Part shown: piece after piece, positions 16,385 to 33,529 of the stretch | Position numbering within the stretch: the first letter of the stretch is position 1 | Layout of the letters: every line of letters starts with the position of its first letter | Origin: Octopus vulgaris | Taxonomy: Eukaryota | DNA length: 64,000 bases | NCBI GenBank assembly: GCA_951406725.2 | Contig: OX597819.1 | Span: 99,262,001 to 99,326,000 of the forward strand | Direction of reading: 5' to 3' | Translations under genes and position numbers: made by a program | The notes under the pieces: generated by a model | Told to the model about the DNA's origin: nothing | The model's input: the letters and a program-made list of their open reading frames with translations, nothing else | The model's database searches: none

Positions 16385-16760
16385 TTTATATATAAAAGTG
16401 AGGTTGTGTGCTGTCTGTCTCCTACGATTTAGATTCCTAACTACTCCCACATTTTGTGGTGCAGTTTAACCAAAACCGGACATCTTATAGTCGTGATTCA
16501 TATCAAGCCCTACGATGAGTCTACGATTTTAAAAATAATTTACCATCAATTTTTCCCATTTTTAATGCATTTTTGGCATATATAAGGGAAGTAACTCTCT
16601 AAAAATTTATTATTAAATCTCAGAACGTAAAAAGCTACAGTAACACCCCCCCTCCTTTGTGGTTAGCTATATTGAGATGGCTATTATACTTTACATCTCT
16701 AAAAATGCTTATATAGTTATTTCCCTTACAAACCCGAGCAACACCGGGCGATACTGCTAG
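16385..16760 (+). mobile_element. Non-autonomous Helitron-like element
   Basis: Starts T(T)TATATATAAAAG followed by GTCTGTCT; ends with hairpin CCCGAGCAACACCGGG ~8 nt before CTAG-T. Confidence 0.7.
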
Positions 16761-16775
16761 TATATATATATTAAC

Positions 16776-17155
16776 GTGGCGCTCCGTTGGTTACGACGAC
16801 GAGGGTTCCAGTTGATCCGATCAACGCAACAGGCTGCTCGTGAAATTAACGTGCAAGGGGCTGAGCACGCCACAGACACGTATACCCATAACGTAGTTCT
16901 CGGGGAGATTCAGCGTGACACAAAGTGTGACAAGGCTGGTTCTTTGAAATACAGGTACCACAGAAGCAGGAAGAAAGACTGAGAGAAAGTTGTGGTGAAA
17001 GAGTACAGCAAGGTTCGCCATTAACTCCTGCCGGTGCCTCGTGGAGATTTGGGTGTTTTCGCTCAATAAATATTCACAACGCCCGGTCTGGGAATCGAAG
17101 CAGAGATCCTACGACCGCGAGTCCACTGCCATAACCATTGAGACATTGCGCCTCC
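16776..17155 (-). mobile_element. Chimeric tRNA-derived SINE
   Basis: Head matches the 15385 family; tail matches the 9821 family. Confidence 0.8.
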
Positions 17156-17195
17156 ATACAAGCACAACACACAAACACACACACACACACACAGA

Positions 17196-17226
<31 letters not shown>

Positions 17227-17444
17227 GCGCAGACACGCGCACACGTACACATAATTATTAGCGACAGAAGCTTTACTAATACCAAGCAGTAATCTTTATA
17301 TCTAACCTAACATAGATGTTTTGTTAAAACACCGAATATTGAGGTACACATCTTGAGATGCTCACTCATATAGACACATGATGCATTAAAGCAAACATAT
17401 GTATACCGTTCGCAGACGAGAGTCGTCTGGCAACGGTGCTGAAA

Positions 17445-17490
17445 CTGCCAGATCGTGTGATTTCGACGTACTGCTTCTCTTCAGGAACAG
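17445..17490 (-). ncRNA. Partly degenerate minimal hammerhead motif
   Basis: CUGUUC-CUGAAGA-GAAGCAGUACGUC-GAAAU-CACACG-AUC^-UGGCAG. Core intact; one mismatch each in stems I and II. Confidence 0.5.
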
Positions 17491-17854
17491 GCGCCCTCAC
17501 GCCGATTACCAGTCAAATCTCACCGCCAACGATATATAAAGTTATAGTGAGTTTTCAAGTACCGAAATTTTAAGTAGCTGACAAGGTTGTTAAAAATAAT
17601 TACTAACAACAGAAGCAGTATTTATATGAAAAGACAGTCTTTATAACCAACTTAACGTGGTTAGAACACAGAAAACTGCGATATTTGTCTTGGGAGATCC
17701 TCTCATATAACCGCATGTGACCTGGCTGGTTTCGGTGCCCATAGCACCGATTTATGTAGTATATTTATGCACTATGCTTCTATATGAGTGGGCTTCTCAA
17801 GGTATATACTGCAATACCACAGTATTCGGCGTTGTAACAAAATATCCAATTAGG

Positions 17855-17912
<58 letters not shown>

Positions 17913-18185
17913 GAAGGCGCATGGCGTAGTGGTTAGAGTGTCCCGCTCACGATTGTGAGATCTTGCGTTCGATTCTCAGACCATGCGTTGCGTTGTGGTC
18001 TTGAAGAAAGCACTTCATTTCACGTCGATCTGCAATCCTTTCGTCATCTGACATGTGGCACATGGTACACCTGTACAGGTAATGTCGATTTGATAGAGGG
18101 AGTTGGTTTATGTTTACACAACCATTTGATCGCTATAAATATTAAACCTGTGTGAAGCTTCATACGCCGTCTAACGACGGGAGAG
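17913..18185 (+). mobile_element. tRNA-derived SINE
   Basis: TGGCGTAGTGG and GTTCGATTC boxes. Confidence 0.75.
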
Positions 18186-18191
18186 TTCTTG

Positions 18192-18260
<69 letters not shown>

Positions 18261-18261
<1 letters not shown>

Positions 18262-18734
18262 TTGAAGTATTAATTTATAAAAATATGGTAAAGTAAAAAA
18301 ATTCACTTTACCACACACCGAACTTTTCAGAAATAGCAGCCAAAAGTTTGGCTATTTCTTCAACTGCAAATAAAAGTCTCCAGACAATGCATACTCAGAA
18401 AATAACTCACATAGGTATAAGGGAAAAACAATGAAAGATCACATCATATCGTATATGGATGTGATCTTTCATTGTTTTTCCCTTATACCTATGTGAGTTA
18501 TTTTCTGAGTATGCATTGTCTGGAGACTTTTATTTGCAGTTGAAGAAATAGCCAAACTTTTGGCTGCTATTTCTGAAAAGTTCGGTGTGTGGTAAAGTGA
18601 ATTTTTTACTTTACCATATTTTTATAAATTAATACTTCAAATATACCGTAAATGGTCTTTACATACCGAATACTGCTTGGTCGAATTTATTAACAATTAA
18701 TTAATTCTACCCCTTTTTTGATAACAATATAATG

Positions 18735-18735
<1 letters not shown>
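18261..18735. repeat. Near-perfect ~385-bp palindrome (18261-18645) plus tail; diverged relative of family B
   Basis: Arms of ~185 bp are reverse complements around ~18446-18457. Sequence aligns by eye to family B 25570-25725 (AGGGTA.AATTAATTAATT...ACCAAG...GAAATAGCAGC). Confidence 0.85.
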
Positions 18736-18775
<40 letters not shown>

Positions 18776-19291
18776 TGTACAAGTGAGGATATATATATAT
18801 ACCTCAGAGGGATAAAAATATCCAAGATTAGATTGGCTGAATATCTATAAAATATTGGCGCACACATATATATATTTTATTATAAAAACCAAGAGAGAAG
18901 TTCGGGATAAGATCAATAAAAATTTATTTATAAAAATTTATTAATACATTCACAAGACCTGCAATTGTTCAAATTCTTGACGGAATTCTAGGTCTTACCA
19001 GTGTATTAATAAATTTTTATTAATCTTATTTCCATCTCTGTATACGTATGTATGTATATATATATATACACAATGGCATCCCGGTCTCGCGCCATTTCCG
19101 CTCTACCGGTCACTCTTTGCGACACCTGTCCGTGTTTGGATAGTACTTGCATTTAGAATTTGATGCATTTAGAATTTATACTTATTCATATTTAGATATA
19201 TTTTTATACATATTTATATTTTTAATACAACAATTATTTTAGAAACGTATATATTTTTCTGAAGAATTTGCTAATATTGATTTCCTGATAT

Positions 19292-19327
<36 letters not shown>

Positions 19328-19469
19328 TGGTATATTCTGTTAAGTTCATAGTAGAATACAGTACAAAGTTCGCCCACCTCCAGATATCACCCTGTGCTAC
19401 CCAGTAGTAGTATTATACATACATGTAGGTCTGCGTTTGTGTTTCTGTCGTGTGTGAATAGATAACTGA

Positions 19470-19673
19470 AAAAAAAAATTGGAGTCCACAACAAGTAGTA
19501 CGGCTGGACACATATTTCATTCACTACACTTGTTTCTACGCAACGTAGTTCTCCAGGCGTGCAGGTACTTGATTATGCAACCGCTTCCGCACTCCCTCTT
19601 GTTGACTCTAAAATTTTTCAATTATATATACATACATACATACATGTTGACTCTAAAAATTTTCAATTATATA

Positions 19674-19709
<36 letters not shown>

Positions 19710-19721
19710 TATACATATATA

Positions 19722-19754
<33 letters not shown>

Positions 19755-19912
19755 ATATAATTGAAAAATTTTAGAGTCAACAAGAGGGAGTGCGGAAGCG
19801 GTTGCATAATCAAGTACCTGCACGCCTGGAGAACTACGTTGCGTAGAAACAATTGTAGTGAATGAAATATGTGTCCAGCCGTACTACTTGTTGTGGATTC
19901 CAATTTTTTTAT
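19470..19912. repeat. Inverted repeat (~160-bp arms around a microsatellite) with a degenerate hammerhead in each arm (19821-19860 +, 19522-19561 -)
   Basis: The same spurious ORF appears on both strands. Motif CGC-CUG[G]AGA-ACUACGUUGCGUA-GAAAC-AAUU-GUA-GUG. Confidence 0.75.
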
Positions 19913-19968
<56 letters not shown>

Positions 19969-20061
19969 GGAGAATTTACGAAAAAAACAAAAGACGAAGA
20001 CATGTGGTGTACAAAACAAACAGATGTATTAGTATAACGCTCAGGAATAGAAAATGTCTTT

Positions 20062-20125
<64 letters not shown>

Positions 20126-20267
20126 GCATGCATGCATGTATGTATGTATGTATGTATGTATGTATGTATGTATGTATGTATGTATGTATGTATGTATGTA
20201 TGCATGTATGCATGTATGTATGTAGATATATGTATGTATATATGTATGTATGCATATATATATAATA

Positions 20268-20785
<518 letters not shown>

Positions 20786-20802
20786 GTATGTATGTATATA
20801 TC

Positions 20803-21092
20803 ATCGTGATCACCGTGAGCGACCAAGCTATCAGATGTTGCTACACATCGCTGGTCACAACGCACTTCGCATTGTTTTAGCCTTAGCTGGCTAAGCGAGC
20901 AGACCAACAGAAGAAAGAGGGAGAGAAAGTTGTGGCGAAAGAGTACAGCAGGGATCGCCACCACCCACTGCCGGAGCCTCGTGGAGCTTTAGGTGTCTTC
21001 GCTCAATAAACACTCACAACGCCCGGTCTGGGAATCGAAACTGCGATCCTACAACTGCGAGTCCGCTGTCCTAACCACTGGGCCATTGCGAC
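20803..21092 (-). mobile_element. tRNA-derived SINE (15385 family)
   Basis: Reverse complement of 15385-15693 with a deletion. Confidence 0.85.
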
Positions 21093-21116
21093 TCTCTCTC
21101 TCTCTCTCTCTCTCTC

Positions 21117-21170
<54 letters not shown>

Positions 21171-21857
21171 TATATATATACACACACATGTATGTATGTA
21201 TATGTGTATGTATGATGTATGTTTGTGTGTACGACTGCTGTATAACATGTGTATGAAAATGTCTTTGGGAAATAGAGTGTCGTTTGACATCATCTTGACA
21301 TTAACACCATGATTTGTCTGAATAAAAAAAAACGTGATATTTATAAATCTGCTGAATTTGAGTTGCCCAACCCAAGCAACAACAAATACTAGCAGTACCA
21401 CGTACGCACACACGTACACTCACACACACACACATACATACACACACATACACACACACACTCTTTCACACGCACACACATACACATATTAACTCATGCC
21501 CTTCATGCTATCCACACGAAATCAGACACTCCCTGTGTTATACGATACGACGGGAACCAACCATCCCCACAAAAGATATGACTTGCCCACCGAATGAAGC
21601 ACATGCATTATACGACTAATAAATGGACTGCACGCTCTTAGACATGTGCACGGTATTTTCCATGATAATGGCTACACCCTTGACCCTATTTTACGCCTAA
21701 TTATCTAGCTACAGAAGGAAATATTTGAAGTAATCTTTAAATCCGTATTGCAGAGTCGACCTAAGTGAATGCCACACGTTAAATACATTTGTTAAAATTT
21801 TGCACTTCCGTGTTGTCTTTTTTTTCTGTTCGGCGCCACGTTGATTTCTAAATGTAT

Positions 21858-22009
21858 GTAGACGTAGCTGTCAGGTAAGAAACTTGCTTTCCAACAACAT
21901 GATTCTGGGTTCAGTCCCACTGTCACCTTGGGCAAGTATCATTTTCTATAGCCTCGGACCGACCAGTCTTGTGAGTAGATTTGGTAGACGGAAACTGAAA
22001 GAAACTCGT

Positions 22010-22011
<2 letters not shown>
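21858..22011 (+). mobile_element. SINE 5' half
   Basis: Matches the reverse complement of 58245-58410 (GGATTTGGTAGACGGAAACTGAAAGAA). Confidence 0.75.
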
Positions 22012-22045
<34 letters not shown>

Positions 22046-22171
22046 TCAAAAGTTCGTTATAGGTATGTATAAGATAAAATCTTATATAAAACGCTATAAA
22101 CAATTATAAAAATGGAGATGTCTAAAGTTCAAAATATAATTTAATATCCACATACAATAGCGGCAAATTAT

Positions 22172-22242
<71 letters not shown>

Positions 22243-22246
<4 letters not shown>

Positions 22247-22932
22247 AAGAGAAGGAGAAAGAGCGGCTAAAGCCAAACACCAACGAGTTGAATGGCCGTT
22301 GCTTTTTAAAATAAAAATATAATAAAGATAAACGGACATTTCTTCTTGGTATGAAAATGATGTAAGGCGGGCGGAATAAATGAAGTCAATATAAAACTTG
22401 TTTCACGATTAATGTACAAAATCAATTCTTAAAAATTAAAAAAATTTCCTATCTTCAGTTGTATATACCATATTTAAAAAATATATAATAACTATAAAAT
22501 ACATTTACTTTCATTTATCCACATCAATTCGTAACCTAAGGTATTTAGTATATTGAAAAAAGTAAGAGAGGGAGAAGAAACATACTTTTTCATCTAGATT
22601 CACACACGCTTTCTAATAATTTACTTAATAGGCCGATAGAAGCAAATTATGTATATGGTATATACAACTGAAGATCGGAAAACGTGCTTCTAAATTAAAT
22701 TAATTATTTTTCTAAATTGATTTATTTAGTTTGTACATTAATTGTAAAACTTGTTTTGTATTGAGCATGGTAACTAATAAAATAGACTTCATTTATTCCA
22801 CCCGCCTTACATAATTTTCGTACCAAGGAGAAAAGTCCCTTTGTTTTTATTTTATGTTTAATTTAAAAGACAACGGCCATTCAACACGTTGGAGTTTCGC
22901 TTTAACTGCTCTTTCGCCCTCTCTTTGTCTAC
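22243..22932. repeat. Diverged inverted repeat with hammerhead-like relics (22387-22461 -, 22665-22763 +)
   Basis: Arms 22243-22475 and 22652-22932 are imperfect reverse complements. Motif CAA-CUGAAGA-long AU stem-(G/A)AAAC..(A/G)UA-UUG. Confidence 0.65.
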
Positions 22933-23129
22933 ACACATACACACATACACATACACATACATACACACACACACACATATATATATATATACATACATAT
23001 ATATACATGGGGTGGGGTGGGGTGGGGTGGGGGTGTATTTTTACTAGCCACTTGTTAATATTTTCACATTTGTATCCCATTTCTAATAATTTTTTATGAT
23101 ATTTTACCTCTAACTATTTCTTTGTATAA

Positions 23130-23990
23130 TAGTGCTCACTTGCTTAGTAAATATTGGTTTCATTATTTTATCACAGTCATAACTCTCTTTTTTAAACAAA
23201 CATCAAGGTAGTCTAACTACGTTTAGTGTGCACAAAAAAGATAGCAGCGATCACATAGGGATATTTTAATACCTATAGCATATCAAATAGGCATACCAAC
23301 AAATTCACTTGATAATTTTTAGATACCGACGGAAAGGAAAGAAGTCACATAAGTTCAAAATTTCAGGAAGTTTCGATAAGTTGTCCAATTTAATTTTTTT
23401 CAGTATATATAAACAATAAACTTAAGGCATTTACATAGCGATTTTAAGTCAACAAAATACCTGATTTCCTCACCTGAAATAACGAAATAAAACTTGAAAT
23501 GAAAAAATTGCAATGAATATATATTAAGTAAATTATTATTAATGAAAACAATTAGAGGTGGGAGAGAGAACATTGCAAACAATGAATGAAATAAACATGA
23601 AATGAAAAAATAGTATAAATAAAAGCTCGTTCAAAACAATCTTGTACCGAATATTTAAATTTGTGAACTTGAAATATTCAATAATAAAAAGGAAGTTCAG
23701 AGAGTAAATTTTCCTGAAAACATCAATTTATAAAAAAAAAGGCTCAATTGCTTAGTAAATATTTTTTTAGTAATTTATCGAAGTTGTAATATATCTCTAA
23801 TTTAAACAAACTTCAAGGTAACCCAACTACGTTTAGTGTGCTAGAAATAGCAGTGATCACGTAGTTTTTATTGAAAGGGTTATAGCGTTTCAAACAGCCA
23901 TACCAACCAAATTACTTCAATAATCTTCAGAAGTCAAAACTACAGGAAATTTCTTGGAACATGAGTTTATAAAAAAATTTCAAGACGGTC
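23130..23990. repeat. Diverged direct duplication (23140-23400 vs 23748-23990)
   Basis: TTGCTTAGTAAATATT...AACTACGTTTAGTGTGC...CATACCAAC occurs twice. Confidence 0.75.
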
Positions 23991-24115
23991 AATCCTTAAA
24001 TAATTACTTTCTTTTAGTAACTGTTACATACTTAATTAATAAGCAGCTTTTCCCATTATAATATAGATATACATATGTGTATGTATATATGTATGTATAT
24101 ATGCATATATATATG

Positions 24116-24588
<473 letters not shown>

Positions 24589-24603
24589 TATATATGTTAT
24601 ATA

Positions 24604-25115
24604 TAACAAAAATATAGATTATTTTTGGGACAATTGTTTCGCTATCAATGAATTAAATGTAATATTACTTACAAAAAAAATCCATTTGTAGCTCGTCAGC
24701 CAAGACTATCTGGATGAAATCCACTCCAATCACACGCCAGATTTTACCATAACGATAAATACGCGTGTGGTTCAATTGATTACATCCGACGTTATAATTC
24801 AAATGCCCCAACCAACAGCGCGCCAAACTCTCACGGAAAACAAATACAGCATTTAGAAATAAATGCAGCATAATTATAATTAATTAATAAGGGTGAGAGA
24901 ATTAGATACTAATTTAATAGTATATGCTTTATTCAACACCAAGTGGCCTAGTGCTACGAGAAAACCTGGATTATTATAATATTTTATAACATATTATAAT
25001 ATTTTTACAAAATAAATATAAGAGAGTGGTCACTATAATGCTCACTCTAGCACCAGTTAATCCAAAAGGTTTTTAACCACGAAAATACATGTTTCCCATG
25101 AAAGTCAGCATCATA
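24604..25115 (-). mobile_element. Solitary diverged copy of the family A unit, with hammerhead at 24625-24703
   Basis: Colinear with the array unit and flanked by long (TA)n. HHR reads UUGG-CUGACGA-GCUA...UAGC-GAAAC-AAUU-GUC-CCAA. Confidence 0.9.
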
Positions 25116-25118
25116 TAA

Positions 25119-25419
<301 letters not shown>

Positions 25420-25420
25420 A

Positions 25421-29069
<3,649 letters not shown>

Positions 29070-29158
29070 TGATTGATTGATTGATTGATTCTAGTTTCAG
29101 CTTATGAGCTGTGGCCATGCTGGGGCACCGCCATTTGGTGTTGCTACTTGGTTTCACT

Positions 29159-32100
29159 TCATGGAGGCTTTCTAGCAACTGCTATTTGGTGCATGAGAGA
29201 GTTCGATGCAGCTGCCCTCATCTGCCCCTCCTGCCGTGAAGTTGGTTCATCTGGGACACCTGACAGGAAGAGATCCAGCTTCATTTTAAAGACATCTGTA
29301 TCCACCCCATGCAGGTCTCTCAGGTTCTTCGGGAGGATATTGAATAGCTGTGGGCCTCGGAAGCCCAGGCTATCACAGAATCTTGTCCTACATCTTGATG
29401 GCAGGTTTGGAGTCCTAGGCACCACGCAGTGGCGCCCAGTTCTGGCATTTGCGTAACTCTCGATGCCAAAGTTCAGGACACTTCCCTCCAGGATCTTCCA
29501 GATGTATATTATGGCATATCTTTCCCGCCTACGCTCCAGGGAATATAATTTTAATCTCTGAGTCTTTCCCAGTAGCTTACATTCTGCATAGAGGCTATCT
29601 TCTTTGTGTAGCTTCGTTGGATCGCCTCAAGTTCTGTGATCAACTTGACACTGGATGGTGACCATAGCTGAGAGCAATAGTCAAAGTGGCTTAGGACAAG
29701 TGTCTTCCAGAGGACCATCATGGTTTCTTGTTCTCTTGTTCTAAAGGTTCTAAGAATCCATCCAGCCAGCCGTCTACATTTCATTGTCAGTTTAGCAACA
29801 TGTACATGAAAGGTCGCGTCATCACTCATGTGAATACCCAGGTCACGCACTGATTGTGCCTCTGGGATTGCAATCCCTCCGGGTCCAGTGTATTCATTGG
29901 GTATTGCATTCAGTTTTGCATGCTGATAGTATAAAGCTTGAAACTTTCCAGCATTGAACTGCATGCTATTCTTTTCAGCCCACTTGTATATTTCGTCCAG
30001 CTCACATTGCAGGTGTTTAGTGTCCTCAGGGTTCTGTATTGCCTGTGAAACTTTTGTATCATCTGCATAACTTGTGATCGTGGCTCTCTGCGTGGCTGAG
30101 GGCATGTCTGAGAGGGCCATTATGAACAGTAGTGGTCCCAGAACAGTGCCCTGCGGAACACCGCTCACTATTTGTGTGTTAATGGAGGTGGCCCCATTGG
30201 CTACTACCACCTGACTTCTATCCTTCAGAAAGTCATGAAGCCATTCTCCCAGTTTTCCAACTATGTTGAGATCACGCAGTTTGTGACATATCATTCCATG
30301 ATCGACTTTATCAAAGGCCTTTGCAAAGTCGAGATATATCACTTCCACATTTGAGTGGTTGAGCAGCCGTTTCAGCACCCAGTCATAGTGTTGTAGGAGC
30401 TGAGTTAAACAGCTTCTCCCTGGTCGGAAACCATGTTGGGTGTCGGGCAGCAAGTCATTCTCTTCAAGGAAGGTGATCAGCTTCCTTCTGACTATTCGTT
30501 CCATGACCTTGCTGATGTGTGAGGTCAGAGAGATAGGTCTATAGTTCTTGGCTTCCGCTCTGCTACCTCCTTTATGAATGGGGCATATTTTACCTTCCTT
30601 CAGTTTTCCTGGAAGTTTGCCAGCTGCAAGGAAGCTCTGAAAGAGGAACTGCAGTGGTCTTGCTAGGACTCTCTTACATGCTTTTAGGAGGATTGCCGGG
30701 AATCCATCGGGGCCAGTAGCTGAGTCTGTTTTCATTTCATCTATAGCCTTGGTTACATCGTCTTCCTTTATATCGATGTAATCTATCGTCGCCGCCTCTG
30801 ATTTTATATCTGCAGTGGTAAAAAAGTCAGTTGGATTGGTGATTTGGAGATGCCCAAGGGGTGGAGTGAAAACACTCTTGAATTGCTCATTCAGTATTTC
30901 ACTTACCCTCATTGGTTTTCCTGTAAGTGTGCCATCCTTTTCGAGGAGTGGCCCTATTCTACAGTGCACTGTAGCTGTTTCTTTGGCATACCTGTAGAAA
31001 GCTCCTGGGGTTAGATTTTATGTTTTCTATAGCCCAGGCTTCTTTGTCTGCTCTTTCTTTTTCATGGGAGAGTTGCAGACATTTTTCGATTTCCAACAGT
31101 TTTATTTTTGGGCGGGACTTTTCACTGCTTTCAATCTGTTTGTTTAGGCGATTTGAAAATTTCGTACGCCGTCTCATTAAAATTTTCCTCTCTCTGGGGA
31201 TTTTGTTCTGTGTACAGTGGCCTTTCTCTCTGGGACACATTTGTAGCATATGGCTTGCATTACAGACATGAATTGTTGAAGTTTCACGTCGATGTCTGGC
31301 GAGGAGAGACATTTTTTGTTTGAGGATCTCTTTCTCAATTTGTTTCCAGTTTGCCTTATGGTAGTTCAAGCTGGAAAGATTTCGAGGGTTTCTTGTAGGC
31401 TGCATGTCCGTGCTCTCTTTTGGCNNNNNNNNNNNNNNNNNNNNNNNNNNNNNNNNNNNNNNNNNNNNNNNNNNNNNNNNNNNNNNNNNNNNNNNNNNNN
31501 NNNNNNNNNNNNNNNNNNNNNNNNGAGAGTTGCAGACATTTTTCGATTTCCAACAGTTTTATTTTTAGGCGGGACTTTTCACTGCTTTCAATCTGTTTGT
31601 TTAGGCGATTTGAAAATTTCGTACGCCGTCTCATTAAAATTTTCCTCTCTCTGGGGATTTTGTTCTTGTGTACAGTGGCCTTTCTCTCTGGGACACATTT
31701 GTAGCATATGGCTTGCATTACAGACATGAATTGTTGAAGTTTCACGTCGATGTCTGGCGAGGAGAGACATTTCAGGCCAGTTTTGTTTGAGGATCTCTTT
31801 CTCAATTTGTTTCCAGTTTGCCTTATGGTAGTTCAAGCTGGAAAGATTTTGAGGGTTTCTTGTAGGCTGCATGTCCGTGCTCTCTTTTGGCCCGTACATG
31901 GTCAGCTCTATCATGTTGTGATCCGAGAGTAGTGTCGGTGTCACTTTCACATTATGGATGAGATCCATGTCATTTGTGAAGCAGAGATCCAGTGTGTTAC
32001 CTGCCCTGGTTGGTTGGAGTATTACCTGCTCCATGTACAGGGTGTTGATGAGGTTCAGGAGGGACCTCGCCTGTCCTCGTTCACATCTTGTCATTCCTGG

Positions 32101-32721
32101 GAGAGAAAGGCCCTCGGGCCATCTGACATTGGGCAGATTGAAGTCTCCCATAAGAAGCACACCTATGTGTTGTTCTAATGTGGTTAGAATTTCTTCTATT
32201 TTTATAAGGCAGTCTTCAAACTTGCCCACATGGCTTGGGGCATCTGGAGGGCGATATGTAGCACACACAACTACATCAAGTTGCCTAATATGTACAATTA
32301 GTGTGTCACACACCGAGTTTGAGTATGACAAGAGGACCTGGGGTGTGAGGTCCTCACGGATGTACATAGCAACACCTCCATGACTCCTTTCTTTCCTGTC
32401 GGTCCGTAGTACAGCATACTGTGGTATGTGTAACTCCGCATCTGCTATGTCCGGTTTCAGGTGCGTTTCTGTAAGTGCTATGCATAAGGCTTGATTGCAT
32501 GCAACAAAGTCTCTCAGGAACGGGATCTTTGTCCTGTTACTGAGTGTTTGCAGTCCTCTGATGTTCAGTAGGAGTATCGAGGTGAGGTGTACGTTGTTGC
32601 CGGCGGTGTCCATCCTGTGTCTGTTTGCTGTGGTGGTCTGGTATATAGTGGGTAGTCCCACCTGCGGGCTTGGGTTTGATGAAGCCAGGTCAGCTGCTGT
32701 ACAATCTTTTGTGCCATGCAC
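29159..32721 (-). CDS. LINE ORF2 (AP endonuclease plus reverse transcriptase), broken by 1-bp indels and a gap
   Basis: Endonuclease motifs [28 protein letters not shown]; RT motifs [37 protein letters not shown]. Confidence 0.93.
31425..31524. other. 100-N assembly gap with overlapping flanks
   Basis: 31068-31424 is repeated at 31525-31892, differing mainly by small indels. Confidence 0.95.
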
Positions 32722-33476
32722 AAAAAAGATTGTTGCTCAGCAGCTGCTCTTTCGACAACATCATGTTGGCTGTTTGTGGCGCGCACAACATCTGCGTACC
32801 TCCGCTTTGGGGCAGGTGGTGCGTAGTCCATCCCTTTTCTTTGTGTTGATGGTTTGTCCATCTGCCTCGTGTCTCTGTGGCAGGGTCCCCGATGTGCAAA
32901 GCGGCAGCCTGCACCTTCCTTTCCGTGCCAGCAGGAACCTCTCAGGTAGAACATACACACCCGTGTGCGCTGTTTGGTTCCATCCTTTGCGGTTCCACTT
33001 CTACTCCTGGTTGTTTCACTCTTTGGTCCTGCTTGAGCTTTTTCTTTTCCTTTAGCTCTTCCAGTCCTTCTTTTAGTTCTTCTTCCTCCCTCTACCTCTT
33101 CACCGGGTTCTCCGTCTCCATGGCCCTTGCTGCCGGTTGGAGAACTTGCACCTGGGTTCACTTCCCGGGCAGGTTTCTCATTCAAAACCTCCTCCTGGGC
33201 GTCCACCAGGTGGGGGTGACTTCTTTCATCGTCTCCATTCTTGCCATCTTTGCCCCGCTCGTTCTCAAAGATGGCATCAAGTGCGCCAATGTGCGACCGT
33301 ACAAGCGCATATGAGCGCACGAATTCCTGTCTCTTTCGCTCCATCTGAGCCGCTGTCCTCTTGTAGCCTCTGCTCTTCAGCGCAGCCGCAATCACCTCGC
33401 TAGGGCTATCTCCGCCGGCGCACTCCCATGCTCGTACGAATAAATCCAGCTCGTCACGTCTCCATGCTCTGGACAT
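32565..33476 (-). CDS. LINE ORF1 (Myb/SANT-like N-terminus, CCCH zinc finger)
   Basis: 303-aa ORF; WRRDELDLFVRAW...GYKRTAAQMERK and CMFYLRGSCWHGKEGAGCRFAH. Lies directly upstream of, and overlaps, ORF2. Confidence 0.8.
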   Translation of the reverse strand: MSRAWRRDELDLFVRAWECAGGDSPSEVIAAALKSRGYKRTAAQMERKRQEFVRSYALVRSHIGALDAIFENERGKDGKNGDDERSHPHLVDAQEEVLNEKPAREVNPGASSPTGSKGHGDGEPGEEVEGGRRTKRRTGRAKGKEKAQAGPKSETTRSRSGTAKDGTKQRTRVCMFYLRGSCWHGKEGAGCRFAHRGPCHRDTRQMDKPSTQRKGMDYAPPAPKRRYADVVRATNSQHDVVERAAAEQQSFLCMAQKIVQQLTWLHQTQARRWDYPLYTRPPQQTDTGWTPPATTYTSPRYSY

Positions 33477-33529
33477 GCTGGATAATCCGTCTATCCGTTT
33501 ATCTATCTAATTATGTTCGAGAGAAGACA

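Noticed and set aside
31068-31892. Internal duplication within LINE ORF2
   Set aside because: Straddles the 100-N gap and is absent from the second copy; an unmerged contig overlap.
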